DNA from: Adineta vaga
Lineage: Eukaryota; Animalia; Rotifera
Assembly: GCA_021613535.1 (NCBI GenBank)
Contig: CP075493.1
Coordinates: forward strand, 10,292,001 to 10,356,000
Direction of reading: 5' to 3'
DNA length: 64,000 bases
A model generated the notes under the pieces. The model was not told the origin of the DNA and made no database searches. It saw only the letters and a program-made list of their open reading frames with translations. Positions 37,260 to 51,841 of the stretch are shown piece after piece. The position numbers were made by a program, and so were the translations under genes. Numbering within the stretch: position 1 is the first letter of the stretch; the number at the start of each line of letters is the position of its first letter.

Positions 37260-40064
37260 ATGATTGTCTTTCTTTGTCTACAAATTCTTTTTTCAATCAT
37301 TCAAGTACTATCTTATCCTCGATATAATTCTCTGATATCTGCACAATGTAAAGCACGATGTCTATATGAATATCGAACTTATCATCAACAACAACGTTCT
37401 TTACCTTCGATGTTCATCGATGGGAAAACGAAACGATTATTGGTAAAGTTTTCTTTTCTTCATATTAATTAATCTCATTGACAAACAAAATGTAAAAGTG
37501 TCAGCAGACGATCCAGGTGCTTCCGATTCTCATCTCAGTTTTTCTTTGTTTTTCTTTTGAATCAATGAAGTGTCTATAGACAACATTGTTTCATTTCTAA
37601 TGATGTTGATTGTCAAATACTAATGATTCGTTTCTTTTTGCGATTTTTTTAGACGACCAATGTCTTGACATTACCATGGAGATCGATTTGGGAGCGTTGT
37701 CCACGCCTCATCACATGTAGTTCGGTAAGTAAATTGACCGCATGAAAAGGAGGAGAGTAAGTAAGGTTAGATTGTCTCGCCTGATAACTAATAACTAATG
37801 AGTGTTCAATGTCTATCTAATTCAATTAAAAGGATTCATTCTGATCGACAAACCATTCTCTTTCTCTCTATATTGATCAGTTGGAAATCAGATCATTATT
37901 TCTCATTAATATGTTAACAAGCTCATCTTTTCTTTTCTTCTAGTGTCTTATCCCATGTGATTTAGAACCGGCACTTCTTTTAGCCAATGAACAAAGTTGT
38001 CAAGCAATCTGTTCAACAGTAAGTTATAAGAGATGGTATATCCATTTTCAAGATAAAACAAATCATACCGCCTGTTTCAGTTGAAAAGTTTGGAATGTGA
38101 ACGAAGCTGTTTATTTATACAAAAACTCTATCAACAACAATCGAATTGTTTGACAGGCAATTGTCAATTCTGTTCATCACCATCGGATGATTGTTCGGGT
38201 AAGTCGCGATAAACGATCGTTTAGTTTTTCCTTCTTCACATATAATTTTTATCGCTAATACATTAGACAAAATTCCTCAACTATATAATGTCACTGCCAT
38301 CGAACGAAAAAGTCGCCGAACTGTGAAATTAAAATGGAATGCAAATGGAGGAAAAAATCTTGAACCTGTTTTTTATGTGATCGAAGCACAATGGATGTTA
38401 CCAAATGTTGAATTGAATCAATATGAACTCGTATCAAAATGGGGTTTTGTTAAAGAAGAAGTATCACATACAAAAGCTATTATTCGAAATATTCAACGTG
38501 ATAATCGATGGTATCGATTTCGTGTTGCAGCAGTAACAAGACATGGACATTCAGGCTATTCAACGACAACAAAACCATTTCGTTTGAGTAAGATTTTTTA
38601 TGGAGAAAAGATGACTCAATAAATATCGTTTTTCTTTGTAGCAAATCAATCACAAATATTATCGTCAGTTCTAGATCCACCTAAGAATTTTTCTGTAAAG
38701 AGTTATCAATTGAATACAGACACGATGAATATGACGTTATATTGGCGAAAACCCGATTTACCAGTCACTGGATATCAGGTTTGATTTGATAAACTTTTCT
38801 TCTTGTCGCTTTGTTGAACATATTAATTTTTTCTTTCATAGATCTCTTGGGAATCAGAATCTTCACTTGTAAATAGTATTGACATATCTTCATCATTACC
38901 ATCGATGGAATTTACCATTCCATTTCTTTCTCTAGACAAATCATATCAATTCAAAGTATGTACTTCGCATCTATTCTATATGAAGAGAAGTCAAGTATGT
39001 ACTTTCGATTTCCTTTATAGATTCGTTCAATAATCATATCCGAAGGCAATCGTATCCAAATGAGTTTACCGACAACAATTAATTTTCATTATGAAGATGA
39101 ATATTATTCATTGAAACATCTTCACATATCCAAACCATATTTCCTGAATGGATTAATTAAAGCAAATCTTTCTTGGACAAAAATATCTGACGATCGTATT
39201 AAACAATATGATATTCATTGGACAGAAAGTGAATGTCATTCCGATGTTCTTTCATGTTGTTATCGTCGAGATGCTGTGACCATACAAAATTCATTTCAAT
39301 TATATGATTTACGTTACAATTGTACATATTTAGTGAATATTAAACCAGTTGGATTAAAGGGAAAGAAAACGTTTGAGATTTCTTTTAATGTTAGTTCGTG
39401 TGAATTAACAGATGTTTATGGTTCAATTCATCCTCCGTGTCAAAACGATAGACGAACAAGTAAAATTGAATATTTGATGATATTTATTATGCATATGTTC
39501 TCGTTTTCTTTTTATATTGTTAAGTCGACACTTTTTCATCGTTACCGCCAATTGATCTTATTGTAACAAAAAATCAGTCAGGATTAATTCTTTTCTGGCA
39601 AAATGGACATTCTTTTGGTAAGGAATTATTTCTGGTTTATTTCTTTCCTTTTATATTATATATATATTTGTTTTTAGTAAATGATATATTGTATCAACTA
39701 ACTATTGAACAATTACCAAACCGACGAGAAACTATTTCAGTAAAACTTTCTCCTGTAAGGCAATTCTTTTTTTTTCTTTTCTTCTGTAGATTTATCGTTT
39801 CTATTTTTTTCATAGAAAATCACCAACTATTTCATTCCATATTCAGAGATTGAAGAAAATCAATATCTAAATGTAACGTTGAGTTTACTGGATAAGACAA
39901 CTATTCGACAACAACAATCGATATTAATTAATGAGAAAAGAGATGATTATTCTCTTACCTCATTCAATGTTAATTCATCGTCATCGTCAATAAGAACGTT
40001 ACATCTACTTATTTTTATTCATGTCATATGGATTTCTACGATTATGTTAAGAGACAAACAATAA
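37260..40064 (+). CDS. Anosmin-1/KAL-1-like secreted protein (Cys-rich region plus FN3 repeats)
   Basis: Signal peptide; SAQCKARCL; Cys-rich exons; FN3 with EPVFYVIE and RWYRFRVAAVTRHGHSGYS...KPFRLSK (anosmin: RWYQFRVAAVNVHG...F); further FN3 with LYDLRYNCTYLVNIKPV. Confidence 0.8.
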
Positions 40065-40974
40065 GAACACAAAGCGATGAAACACTACCGTCCGTATTCT
40101 GAGTGTATCGCTCTACTCCGGTTCTTGTTTGAATCCTATCCAAAATTAAACGCATAATCTTTTCTTTGCCATTTGTAGAACATTTTTCTTTTTTTAATAC
40201 AAAATATATTTATTTTTCTCGTTGTTTCATTTAGTCAATCTGTTTGATTATTGCAAACATAATACCGAACGAAATTGATCTTGTCGATACAAGCGATTAA
40301 TATAGATGATGTTTGTTTTGTCAATAGAAAGGAAAGGTGTGAAGTGATTGAGTTACTAGAAATAAAATAACATCGAAGTTTACACATCAATTCATGACCA
40401 AATCAATCTATATATGTAAAGAAGAATGTTTGTCTGTTTGTTCGTTATGCATTGAGTCTCTGTAATAGCAATGGTTACCAAAATTGCCATGGTACTTCCC
40501 TAGGTCCAGGGAAAAGTCGAAAGGAGGTGCAAGACTGAAGATGGGTGACATTTAACCCAATTTCGATTAACTCATTTGATTGATCTTTAGTGTATCCATC
40601 TATCACTATGTTTTCGCACTGGCCTGATTATCTTACACGAAAGTGAAGACGATTCAAAAGTAAAATATTCATCCCGACGCAATATTCATTGAACTATCGT
40701 GCTTTATAGTGAACGTTTTGTATTCGCGATAGATGAAAATTTTGAAACACGACGACCCTCTCTGAGTCCTCTGTCGTTTTCTAACATATGAAGTTTTCAG
40801 TCTGGAAGATTCTGGACTAACATCGTGTACCTCCGCTAGTGATTCTATGTAGATAAAGAGTATTGCAACACTTCTGACGATACACATAGCTTATCTTTTG
40901 TTAGTTCTATGACAATGATAAAATTTTAAAAATACCTTATTTATTTTTTTTCTCGCCTGTTCGCAAGAGGTAAT

Positions 40975-42530
40975 ATGCATACTAATCGAGTGTACAGTGA
41001 ATTTGTTGATGAAAACATGAAACCACCGAAATGGTGGCGTCGTCGTTGGTTCAAGATTGCTTGTATTTCTTTTGTTGTTTTTGCTATTGTTGCGACTGCA
41101 ATTACATTAGCACTCGTATTTACTGTTTTTAAACCAAAGCCTGAAGAATTAACCAATAAGACGACAATATCAATACCAACAACTCAACTATCAACATCAT
41201 CTGTAGTGACTGCAATTCAGACTACGATGCAGCAAACTAGCATAGGTAGTATCTTTGAGTCGTATTCATTTTCTGGTTTTGATTGTACATATCTTTTATT
41301 TTAAGAAACGTCGACGATCCCGACGACGATGACCACGACGTCGACGATCCCGACGACGATGTCTACGATGTCGACGATCCCGACGACGATGTCCACGACG
41401 TCGACGATCCCGACGACGATGTCTACGACGTCGACGATCCCGACGACGATGTCCACGACGTCGACGATCCCGACGACGATGTCCACGACGACGACGATTC
41501 CGACGACGATGACGACGGACACTTCAACTATAGAGACAACTGTAATTACTACTACCCAACAATCAAGTATGAGCTCTATATTGTTGTTCGATTTTATTTT
41601 AAGAGGATGTTTGTAGTTTCTATTGCAGTTACGACCAGTTCTGATTGGACGGAAAATGGTACTGTGATAGCTGGAGGAAATGGAGCAGGAAATAAAACTA
41701 ATCAACTGAATTATCCTCATGGAATCTACATCGATAATAATAATCGAATGGTTTATATAGCTGATTATAATAATGACCGTATTGTTCGATGGAAATATGC
41801 TGCAATCGATGGTGAAATTATTGCAGGAGGTAATGGTGAAGGTAGTCAAATCAATCAATTGAGTTTACCAACAGCTGTTATTTATGATTCAAAAAATGAT
41901 TCGGTGATCATTTGTGATCAAGCAAATCGACGTATAGTACGATGGTCTTGTCGAAATCAAGCAGATCAACAGATTATGATTTCGAATATTGATTGTTTTG
42001 GTTTAGCATATGATTCTAATGGTGATCTTTATGTATCTGATTTTGTACAAAATGAAGTTAAGCAATGGAAAGAGGGAGAAACGAATGGAATAGTTGTTGC
42101 CGGAGGAAGTGGAAGAGGCGATGGATTGGATCAATTCAATTCTCCTGGTTATATTTTTGTTGATCAGAATCAATCAGTTTATGTATCTGATGTTAATAAT
42201 AATCGTATAATGAAATGGATGAAAAATGCGACAGAAGGACAAGTTGTTGCAGGTGGACAAGGTGTAGGAAGTAATCTTACACAATTATCTAATCCTGAAG
42301 GAATAACAGTAGATAATTTGGGTAATATTTATATAGCTGATTATGGCAATAATCGAATAGTATGTTGGTTAGTTGGAGCTACGGAAGGTAGCATTATTAT
42401 TGATGAAGATGATACTATAGAACAGTTCTATCAATTACGAAATCCTACGGGTTTAACATTAGATCAACAAGGAAATATTTATGTTGCTGATCAGTGGAAT
42501 CATCGTGTACAAAAATTTATTCTTCATTGA
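40975..42530 (+). CDS. Type II membrane protein: TM anchor, Thr-rich mucin-like stalk, NHL beta-propeller
   Basis: Exons 40975-41245, 41306-41566, 41629-42530 join in frame. TM IACISFVVFAIVATAITLALVF. NHL repeats IAGGNGAG...QLNYPHGIYID...VYIADYNNDRI and GNIYVADQWNHRVQKF. Confidence 0.9.
41308..41516 (+). repeat. Coding 30-bp minisatellite (about 6-7 copies) encoding TSTIPTTMST
   Basis: Unit ACGTCGACGATCCCGACGACGATGTC(C/T)ACG repeated; GC-rich relative to the flanks. Confidence 0.9.
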
Positions 42531-42742
42531 ATTGAATATATGGCTTGATATTTTACTGGGACAATATCTTCCTCTTTTCTTTTAACCATTATTAAGAATC
42601 AAAGCTTTTATAATCTCAGCTTGAAACCATTTCCTACGTTGCTATCGAATATAAATCTTTCTTTTTTCTTCTACTAATATATTTATTTAAATTACTAAAA
42701 TTATATGATGAAAATAAAATGTATTTCAGTCGATTATGTTAC

Positions 42743-43935
42743 TCATAAGGATTTTGTTGTTGATTGATCTTTCACTGCGCCTTTAATTACACTTAATGAT
42801 GGTTGAAATGCTTCAATATGAATATGTGAGGATGGATGATTACATTCTTTTAAGATTTCTTCCACTTTATCCATAAATGGTACTGATCCACAAATATATA
42901 CTTGTGAATCTGGTTTTAAAACCTTTTGTAATATTACTTTTTCTAATCGTTGATCACCACATAATAGATAATATTGATCTTTGTCTAAAATCGATTGAAG
43001 TTCTTCACTAAAAGCAGCATGTTCCTTCGTTTGTGTACAATGAATTAATGTTGCAGTATTATTTTTGCCTTGTTTCTGTAACTGTTTAATCATAGAGGAA
43101 AGAACTGTTATACCAATACCACCAGCAATAAATACATGATGTTTACCATCATCAATCAATGCAAATGTTCCAGCTGGAAAACTAGCTAAGATTGTATCAC
43201 CTTCTTTATAATTATCAATAATTTCATTTGAAACAACACCTTTTGGTTCACGTTCGATTTCATCTTTAATTGCTACACGATAAGTTTTACCATCGAATGG
43301 TTGAAGTAAACTGTAATGTCGATTATGAAAATTACCATCTTTTTTAATACGAAGTGTAAGATATTGTCCTGGTTGATAATCAAACATCTTTCCATGATCA
43401 GGACGTTCTAATGTTAATGCAACAATAGGTCCACTGGCAACTTGTTCCTTTTTAACGATAGTAAATGGAACAAAACCTTTATCTTGTTCATCTGGACCAA
43501 GTTCATCGTAGAGTTGTTTTTCTATGTCAATAAAAATTTGTGCAATAATACCATAAGCAGCTGCCCATGCACATCGATGATCTCTTGTGTCGACTTGTCA
43601 CCGAGAAATTCTTTGATTGCCATTAATAGATATTTACCAACAATAGGATAATGTTCAGGTAGAACAGTTAATGCACGATGTTTATGTGCAATAAGTTTAA
43701 CTTGAGGCATGAGAACATCTAAATGATCGATATTTTCTGCTGCAAAATAGATGGTATTAGCTAAGGCTAATGGTTGTGAACCAATTTTTTGATTCGTTTG
43801 ATTAAAAATATCTAACAGTTCAGGATGATTACCAAACATATGTTTGTAGAAAATGGATGTAATTTCTTTTCCATTTTCTTTAAGAATAGGTGCTGTTGAT
43901 CGAACAATATTTTTTTGTTCATCAGTGATTGACAT
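42743..43935 (-). pseudogene. Flavohemoglobin (NO dioxygenase, Hmp/Yhb1-like), intronless, 2-nt frameshift (pseudogene or assembly error)
   Basis: Globin domain (STAPILKENG, FNQTNQKIGSQPLALA, IAHKHRAL, PEHYPIVG), FAD domain (YQPGQYL, RHYSL) and NAD domain (IAGGIGIT, YICGSVPFM). Deleting the AC at 43571-43572 restores IDAWAAAYG and one 396-aa ORF. Confidence 0.9.
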
Positions 43936-45369
43936 TGTTTATTTTTTGAAAAATTTACAAATCTAAAAAAACGATGTAGCTTTTCTTACTCATCAAGGAG
44001 AAAACAAAAATATGCTAAGGCCAGTATGAAGGAAAAAGAAAGCTCCCTGATGGTGGAGAAAATAGTTTTTCTTCGCAGCAGTTATTTTTCTATTAGAATA
44101 ACAGAGTTTCCCCGAGTATTTTTAGAAAGATATCATGTATTCTATGAAGAAAAGTAGGTTACAAACATAATGAGATCGTCTACAGTGTGTTTATAGAAAA
44201 AAAAGAATATTTTCTTCTAAAATAAAATATTTACCATTAATAAATATATTTTTTATGACTGTCTAAAAATAGCTATTTAAGTAATATTTACCAATAAAAC
44301 CTATCGTAATTTTATTCATGTGTATTTGTATGAAAAAAGAAAATTTTGTCTGTATTTAAATACATTATTAACAATGAATAGGAAGGTTCGAGATTGCGTT
44401 CTTTTTCTCAAAGGTAAAACGAAATACCTGCACGTTGATCTGTACAAAACAAGATAAAATCAAGGACAAATGAGGGGTATGTTATATATAATGGAGTAGA
44501 AAGAGGGCAAGCTTTGTTATTACACGAAAATAACAAATAGAATAATATAGAATATCGTAATACAACTTTTTTATTACTTGATATACTCCTCTAATTCATT
44601 CAGTCTGTCAAGAATATTCAGGGTCAACAGATTGTTTTTATATCTAGAGCAAACAATGATTTCTTCTATTAGTACAAAATAGAATTCAATAACTGTCTTA
44701 CTTTCTTTTATTATGGAAATATTATTCTCAATGATTTTCTTTTGAAAATAATTTACACAGTCCTTTACAATACTTGGTAATAATCAAATTACTAGTCATG
44801 AAATAACGAGATATTCATTCTGTATTCGTCAATCTTGTGGATGTTATTTCATTTTCTTCTCTTTTCTTTAGAAGGAATGACATCAACACGATATAAAAAT
44901 ATATCGGGTGAATGTACCCACATTGTCGAGGACGATCGTTGTCTACATTATTCAAGGTGCTTCAAAGCGATTTAATTTTATCGAAATATATTTGTCCGAA
45001 AAGTTTGAAAAGAGAAAATGATATCGTCGTCGATAAATGAAAATATGCTCGAAAAGTGCAAACCAACCTTATATATATATATATATATCATTAATATTTT
45101 TTTATCCCTTTTACATATCTTCATGTTTATATTCCATCGATGCGTATACATTAAGCGCAAATAACGTCAACGATTACTCAAGGTTCTCCTAAGAAGATAG
45201 ATAATATGCATATACATCAATCATTTCGAAAGGATTGAATTCATCTGCATCCATCAATCTATTAACTACAAATAGGAAGGATACGAAATAGTATCAAAGA
45301 TGTTTTATCGTTAAAAAAAGATAACAATTAAAGAAGTATATAATCACAGAATTTTTGCAAAGATTACTT

Positions 45370-46875
<1,506 letters not shown>

Positions 46876-47275
46876 TGATTCTGGTTCGATGTAAAACACT
46901 TTTGATTTCGAAGGTCTTACTCTTGATTTACTCACTGGAAAAAATAAACAAGCAATCAGAAGTCATCTATCTTCCAAACAAAACGAAATCATACTTTGTT
47001 CTCTCTATTTCCGTGGTTTGAAGAAAAAGAATTTAAAAAAAGCTCTCCTCTTATAGCGAGAAAAAAAAGAAGAATCGATGATTCATTATCAACATATCAA
47101 TGCTAAATGTGCTCATGAAAAAACACCAAACAACTCGCCCAAGACATGAAATGTTATTTTATTCGTGACTCATCATCAATGACGTATCTCTATGACAGAC
47201 ACCCAAACATATATATATATATGAGTTTTATAAACTATTACTCATCAGATTTATATTCAAATAAAAAAAGTAACA

Positions 47276-48037
47276 CTAGAAAGTAAACAGTTTTATCTTT
47301 TTTTGATATTCGACAAATTGATCAAATAGCGAAGGCCAAGCTTGAGTAGCATCGTATGATTCATAACCATTTAATTGAATAAATTCAGCAAAATCAGGAA
47401 ACATCTCCCATGCATCAATATTAATTTGTTGTGGAACTTCACTATTAATAATATTTTCTAAATAATTAAGCCAATTATTGAGTACTATCAATTCATTCTT
47501 TCGTTTCGTGAAAAAGATACGCCAAAGACTGAGCGCATTTCGTGTTGTTAAACTACGTTGTCCATCAATTAAACCAAATTGATATGTCCAACTATAGAAA
47601 TTCTTTTCATTAGATAAAATCTGATAATCTATTAATGCTTTCCGAAGATCATGTGGATGATCAATATGTATTCCGAGAGCTTTTAGACCATGCAGAAATT
47701 CCTTTCTAGTCAATGAATACATTTGTTGTGCTTGACAGAGAAAACAAAATAGAAGAATTTCATATGAATCTGGTTGAATGGCAATATCCTGACAAAAACG
47801 AAGAATACCATCAAGACAGATTTCTTTATGATCATTTGAATAAAGCTCAAAGATTTGTTCATAACGATCATTCGATGATATTATTGTTTGAATTTTAGGT
47901 TTTTTATGTATTAATAGACCACATTCAGATTCTATTGCCAATATACTATGCTGATCGATGCCTGTTTTAAGTTTCTTTTTAATATGTTGTGTCGAAACTA
48001 ACGAAGATGAAGAATGAGTATCGTAGTTATAAGACAT
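47276..48037 (-). CDS. DCN1-like protein (cullin neddylation, PONY domain), intronless
   Basis: ICLDGILRFCQDI, LTRKEFLHGL, FYSWTYQFG...GQRSL, YDATQAWPSLFDQFVEY. Confidence 0.88.
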   Translation of the reverse strand: MSYNYDTHSSSSLVSTQHIKKKLKTGIDQHSILAIESECGLLIHKKPKIQTIISSNDRYEQIFELYSNDHKEICLDGILRFCQDIAIQPDSYEILLFCFLCQAQQMYSLTRKEFLHGLKALGIHIDHPHDLRKALIDYQILSNEKNFYSWTYQFGLIDGQRSLTTRNALSLWRIFFTKRKNELIVLNNWLNYLENIINSEVPQQINIDAWEMFPDFAEFIQLNGYESYDATQAWPSLFDQFVEYQKKIKLFTF

Positions 48038-48453
48038 CGACCAGATTTGTCAATGAATTGTTTCATGTTATGAGTTTTCGAAATTATCATATATATATAT
48101 ATAGACAATAGAAGGTTGGAAAATTACATTTCACTGTTGCAATTACCAAGAATATATATAACTTGGGAAATAAACTCGCGTCACGTTGGACTTTCTCCAA
48201 CTCCAAGAACATGCGTGTTTTTTACTGGATGATACTCGATCAATAGAATTTCTTGTTCTACCATTGGTACAATTCACGTTCCTCTCAATTCTTCCATTGC
48301 TTATTCGTTAAACCAGTTATATTTGTAAAAAATAGTTTATATAACAACTAACTATTATTACTTTGAGAAGATCAATTTTTAGTGTTTCGTTTTCAAAAAC
48401 ACAGAAAATCTATCTTTTAATTTTCTAGATAAATTAATCATTCAGGAAAACAA
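48038..48453. promoter_or_regulatory. Probable bidirectional promoter between DCN1-like and MRPL12
   Basis: The two divergent start codons are 416 bp apart. A local CpG-containing patch (CGCGTCACGT, about 48177) lies between them. Inferred from geometry only. Confidence 0.4.
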
Positions 48454-49315
48454 ATGTACTCCCGTTTCGTATTCCGATCCGTTCAAAATTCAACGCCATC
48501 GTTGATTTTCAATCGTTTTGTGTCTGTAACTCAAGTACATCTAGCAGCTGCAACAAAACTAAAAGAAAATCCATCGACATCTGCAACTCCAACTGAAAAT
48601 CCTGCCACCGCCACGAAAACCGAAAAACCAACAACAGCACCATCTGCTGCAAAGATTACGAATGCACCAGTGGAAGCAAAACTACCAATTCCACCACCAA
48701 CAACTGGTACGACTGATCCAAATAAAACCTATTCGGATAAAATTCAACGACTTGTTGATGAAATAAGTAAATTATCTTTGGTTGATGTCATGGATCTTAA
48801 CGAATTATTAAAAGTAAAACTTTGAATTTTTTGGCAACATACGAGATTAAAATTTCCTATTCTTTTGCTATATAGAAAACATTGAAAATTCAAGATGTAC
48901 CAATCATGGCATCAGGAACAGGCGGTGGTGCACCATCACCAGCAGCACCAGTTCGTAAAATTTGATTTGTTTGATATATTTAATATTTGATTTTGATTCT
49001 TCTAGAAAAAAGAAGAAGAGGATGAAGAAACCGCTCGACCAACCGCTCAATCTGTATTTAAAGTTCGTTTAATTAAATTTGATGAGACGAAAAAAGTACC
49101 AGTTATAAAACAAGTAAAAGATGTTGTTGAAAACATCAATCTTGTTCAAGTAAATCGTGTCTTTAACATTTATTCTAATTAAAGAAACTTTTTTCTAGGC
49201 AAAAAAATTAGTTGAATCAATTCCTCAGGTTCTTCGAGATAATTTAAGCAAAGCCGATGCTGAAACAATGAAAGCTAAAATTGAAGCAGCTGGCGGTGTT
49301 TGTGTTGTGGAGTGA
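48454..49315 (+). CDS. MRPL12: Mitochondrial ribosomal protein L12 (bL12m)
   Basis: Targeting peptide; KIQRLVDEISKLSLVDVMDLNELLKKTLKI; FKVRLIKFDETKKVPVIKQVK; INLVQAKKLVES; KIEAAGGVCVVE*. Confidence 0.93.
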
Positions 49316-49557
49316 GAGAATTTTTCTATCTCTCATTCTAGGCTAGTTGAATTTATTGTTCTTTTGTTAACCTTTTTTTTATACAAAAAAAAGAAAGAAC
49401 AAAAAAAAACCATCAGTCTTTTGTTTATATTTCATTAGAAAACGAAGATATCTTCTAAGTTGATGACAAATGAAGTGATTGAGAATGATAGATTTTGACT
49501 TAAAGTTATCTTTGTTGTAGATCGAGCTAATCTTAATTATTATACAAACGGAGGCAA

Positions 49558-51674
49558 ATGGCTTTAACTAAACGTCTACCAATTGCCTCCTGTAAGTTAA
49601 ATTAGATTTTCTAACTAGTAAATACAATCTGTCTTGTTTATTTTTAGTTATACAACTAAGTACTCGAAATTTAGCTACTCAAACAACCCCACCATCATCA
49701 ACACCTCCAGCAGCAAATAATCCACCACCTAAAGCTCAAGCACCAGCTACACCACCTCCAGCTGCACCTCAAAAGGTTGCTCGATTTTAGAAACAACAGT
49801 TTAACTAAATTTCTATATTTTTAGACTAAATTTGGACCACTCAAAGATGCAGATCGTATTTTCACTAATCTTTATGGTCGACATGATTGGCATTTGAAAG
49901 GCGCTATGGCTCGAGTATGTTTTGATTTTTGTCGAAAAAAACAAGTTATTTTTAATCAACTAATTGAATAGGGTGATTGGCATAAAACCAAAGAAATTGT
50001 TTTAAAAGGTTCAGCATGGATCATAGATGAAGTAAAGAAAAGTGGATTACGTGGCCGTGGTGGTGCTGGTTTTCCATCTGGACTAAAATGGAGTTTCATG
50101 AATAAACCACCTGATGGTCGACCTAAATATCTTGTTATCAATGCTGATGAAGGTAACTGAGAATTATTATTCATCTTTCTTTTTTTCACTATATTCTTGT
50201 TTCTTTCTACTAAAGGTGAACCTGGTACATGTAAAGATCGTGAAATTATGCGACATGATCCACATAAACTTATCGAAGGTTGTCTCATTGCTGGTCATGC
50301 AATGGGTGCACGTGCTGCATATATTTATATTCGTGGTGAATTTTATAATGAAGGTTCAAATGTGCAAACAGCTATTCAAGAGGTATTTAGAGAATAAAAA
50401 AAGAATAGGATTAATTTCGAATTGGATAATACTGATAACTTTTTAGGCATACAAAGCTGGTTATATTGGCAAAAATTCCTGTGGAACAGGTTATGATTTT
50501 GATATATTTGTTCATCGTGGTGCTGGTGCCTATATCTGTGGTGAAGAAACCGTAAGTATTTATTCATGATGTTTGTTCTGATGTTGAATATCATTTCTTG
50601 TCAAGGCATTGATCGAATCATTGGAAGGTAAACAAGGTAAACCACGTTTGAAACCACCATTTCCCGCTGATATTGGTCTCTTTGGTTGTCCAACAACTGT
50701 TACCAATGTTGAAACAGTTGCTGTTGCACCAGAAATATGTCGTCGTGGCGGTGAATGGTTTGCATCATTTGGTCGTGATCGAAATCGTGGAACAAAAGTT
50801 TGAACTTATTTTTTTTCCTTTCACTAATTCAAATAATCTGAACCTTTGCTTTTGTTTTGCAATTAGTTATTTTGTATCAGTGGACATGTCAATAATCCAG
50901 TTACTGTAGAAGAAGAAATGTCTATCCCTTTGAAAGAATTAATTGAAAGACATGCTGGTGGTGTTCGTGGTGGTTGGGATAATCTATTAGCAATTATTCC
51001 AGGTGGATCATCTGTACCATTACTAACGAAAAAGTAAGTGAAGAAGAAAACTTCATAAAATTCATGAAACAAATGATATGTCTTAGAATATGTGATGATG
51101 TTCTAATGGATTTTGATGCGCTTGTTGCGGTTCAATCCGGTTTAGGTACAGCAGCAGTCATCGTTATGGATAAATCTACGGATGTAATTAAAGCTATTGC
51201 TCGTCTTTCGGATTTCTATCAACATGAATCATGCGGACAAGTAATTCATCTAATTTCTCGATATATTCAAAAGATAATTTTTCATTTTTAGTGTACACCA
51301 TGCAGAGAAGGAACTGGATGGCTCGCTAAAATGATGAATCGATTTGGTAGAAGAATATAATTTTCAATTGACTGTTAACGTTTTCGTTTGATTTTTTTTA
51401 GTTACTGGTAATGCTCGACCAGCTGAAATTGATATGATCTGGGAATTATCAAAACAGATTGAAGGACATACAATTTGTGCTCTGGGTGATGCTGCTGCAT
51501 GGCCTGTTCAGGTACATTGTTGAATAGAAGAAAACAAAGAAGCAAATCGAATTGTATGATGATTTTCTTTCTTAGGGTTTGATTCGACATTTTCGACCTG
51601 AAATGGAACGTCGTATGGCTGAATATGCTGCGAAAAATGGTAATGCACAAAAACAAAGTGCCCAAGCTCATTAA
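49558..51674 (+). CDS. NDUFV1: NADH dehydrogenase (ubiquinone) flavoprotein 1, 51-kDa subunit
   Basis: [12 protein letters not shown]; [20 protein letters not shown]; [14 protein letters not shown]; [11 protein letters not shown]; HESCGQCTPCREG; [10 protein letters not shown]. Confidence 0.98.
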
Positions 51675-51841
51675 ACTTCATAAATACTCTTACTTTTCCT
51701 ATCCAACCTTCTTCTTTCTCTTCTTGTTTTATTGTACAGAGTATTTCTAGATAAGACAGTTCTTTTTTTTTCTTTTCCTATTTACGATTCAATAGAGAAA
51801 AACTTCGTACGAAATTTCATTGACGATTTCATATTTTTATT

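Noticed and set aside
41283-41628. Poly-Asp N-terminus (DDPDDDVHDV...) on the 415-aa NHL ORF, and the antisense Val/Ile-rich ORF 41301-41858
   Set aside because: Splice phases put this exon in the Thr-rich frame. The Asp frame starts at TTG inside an intron and reads through the next intron.
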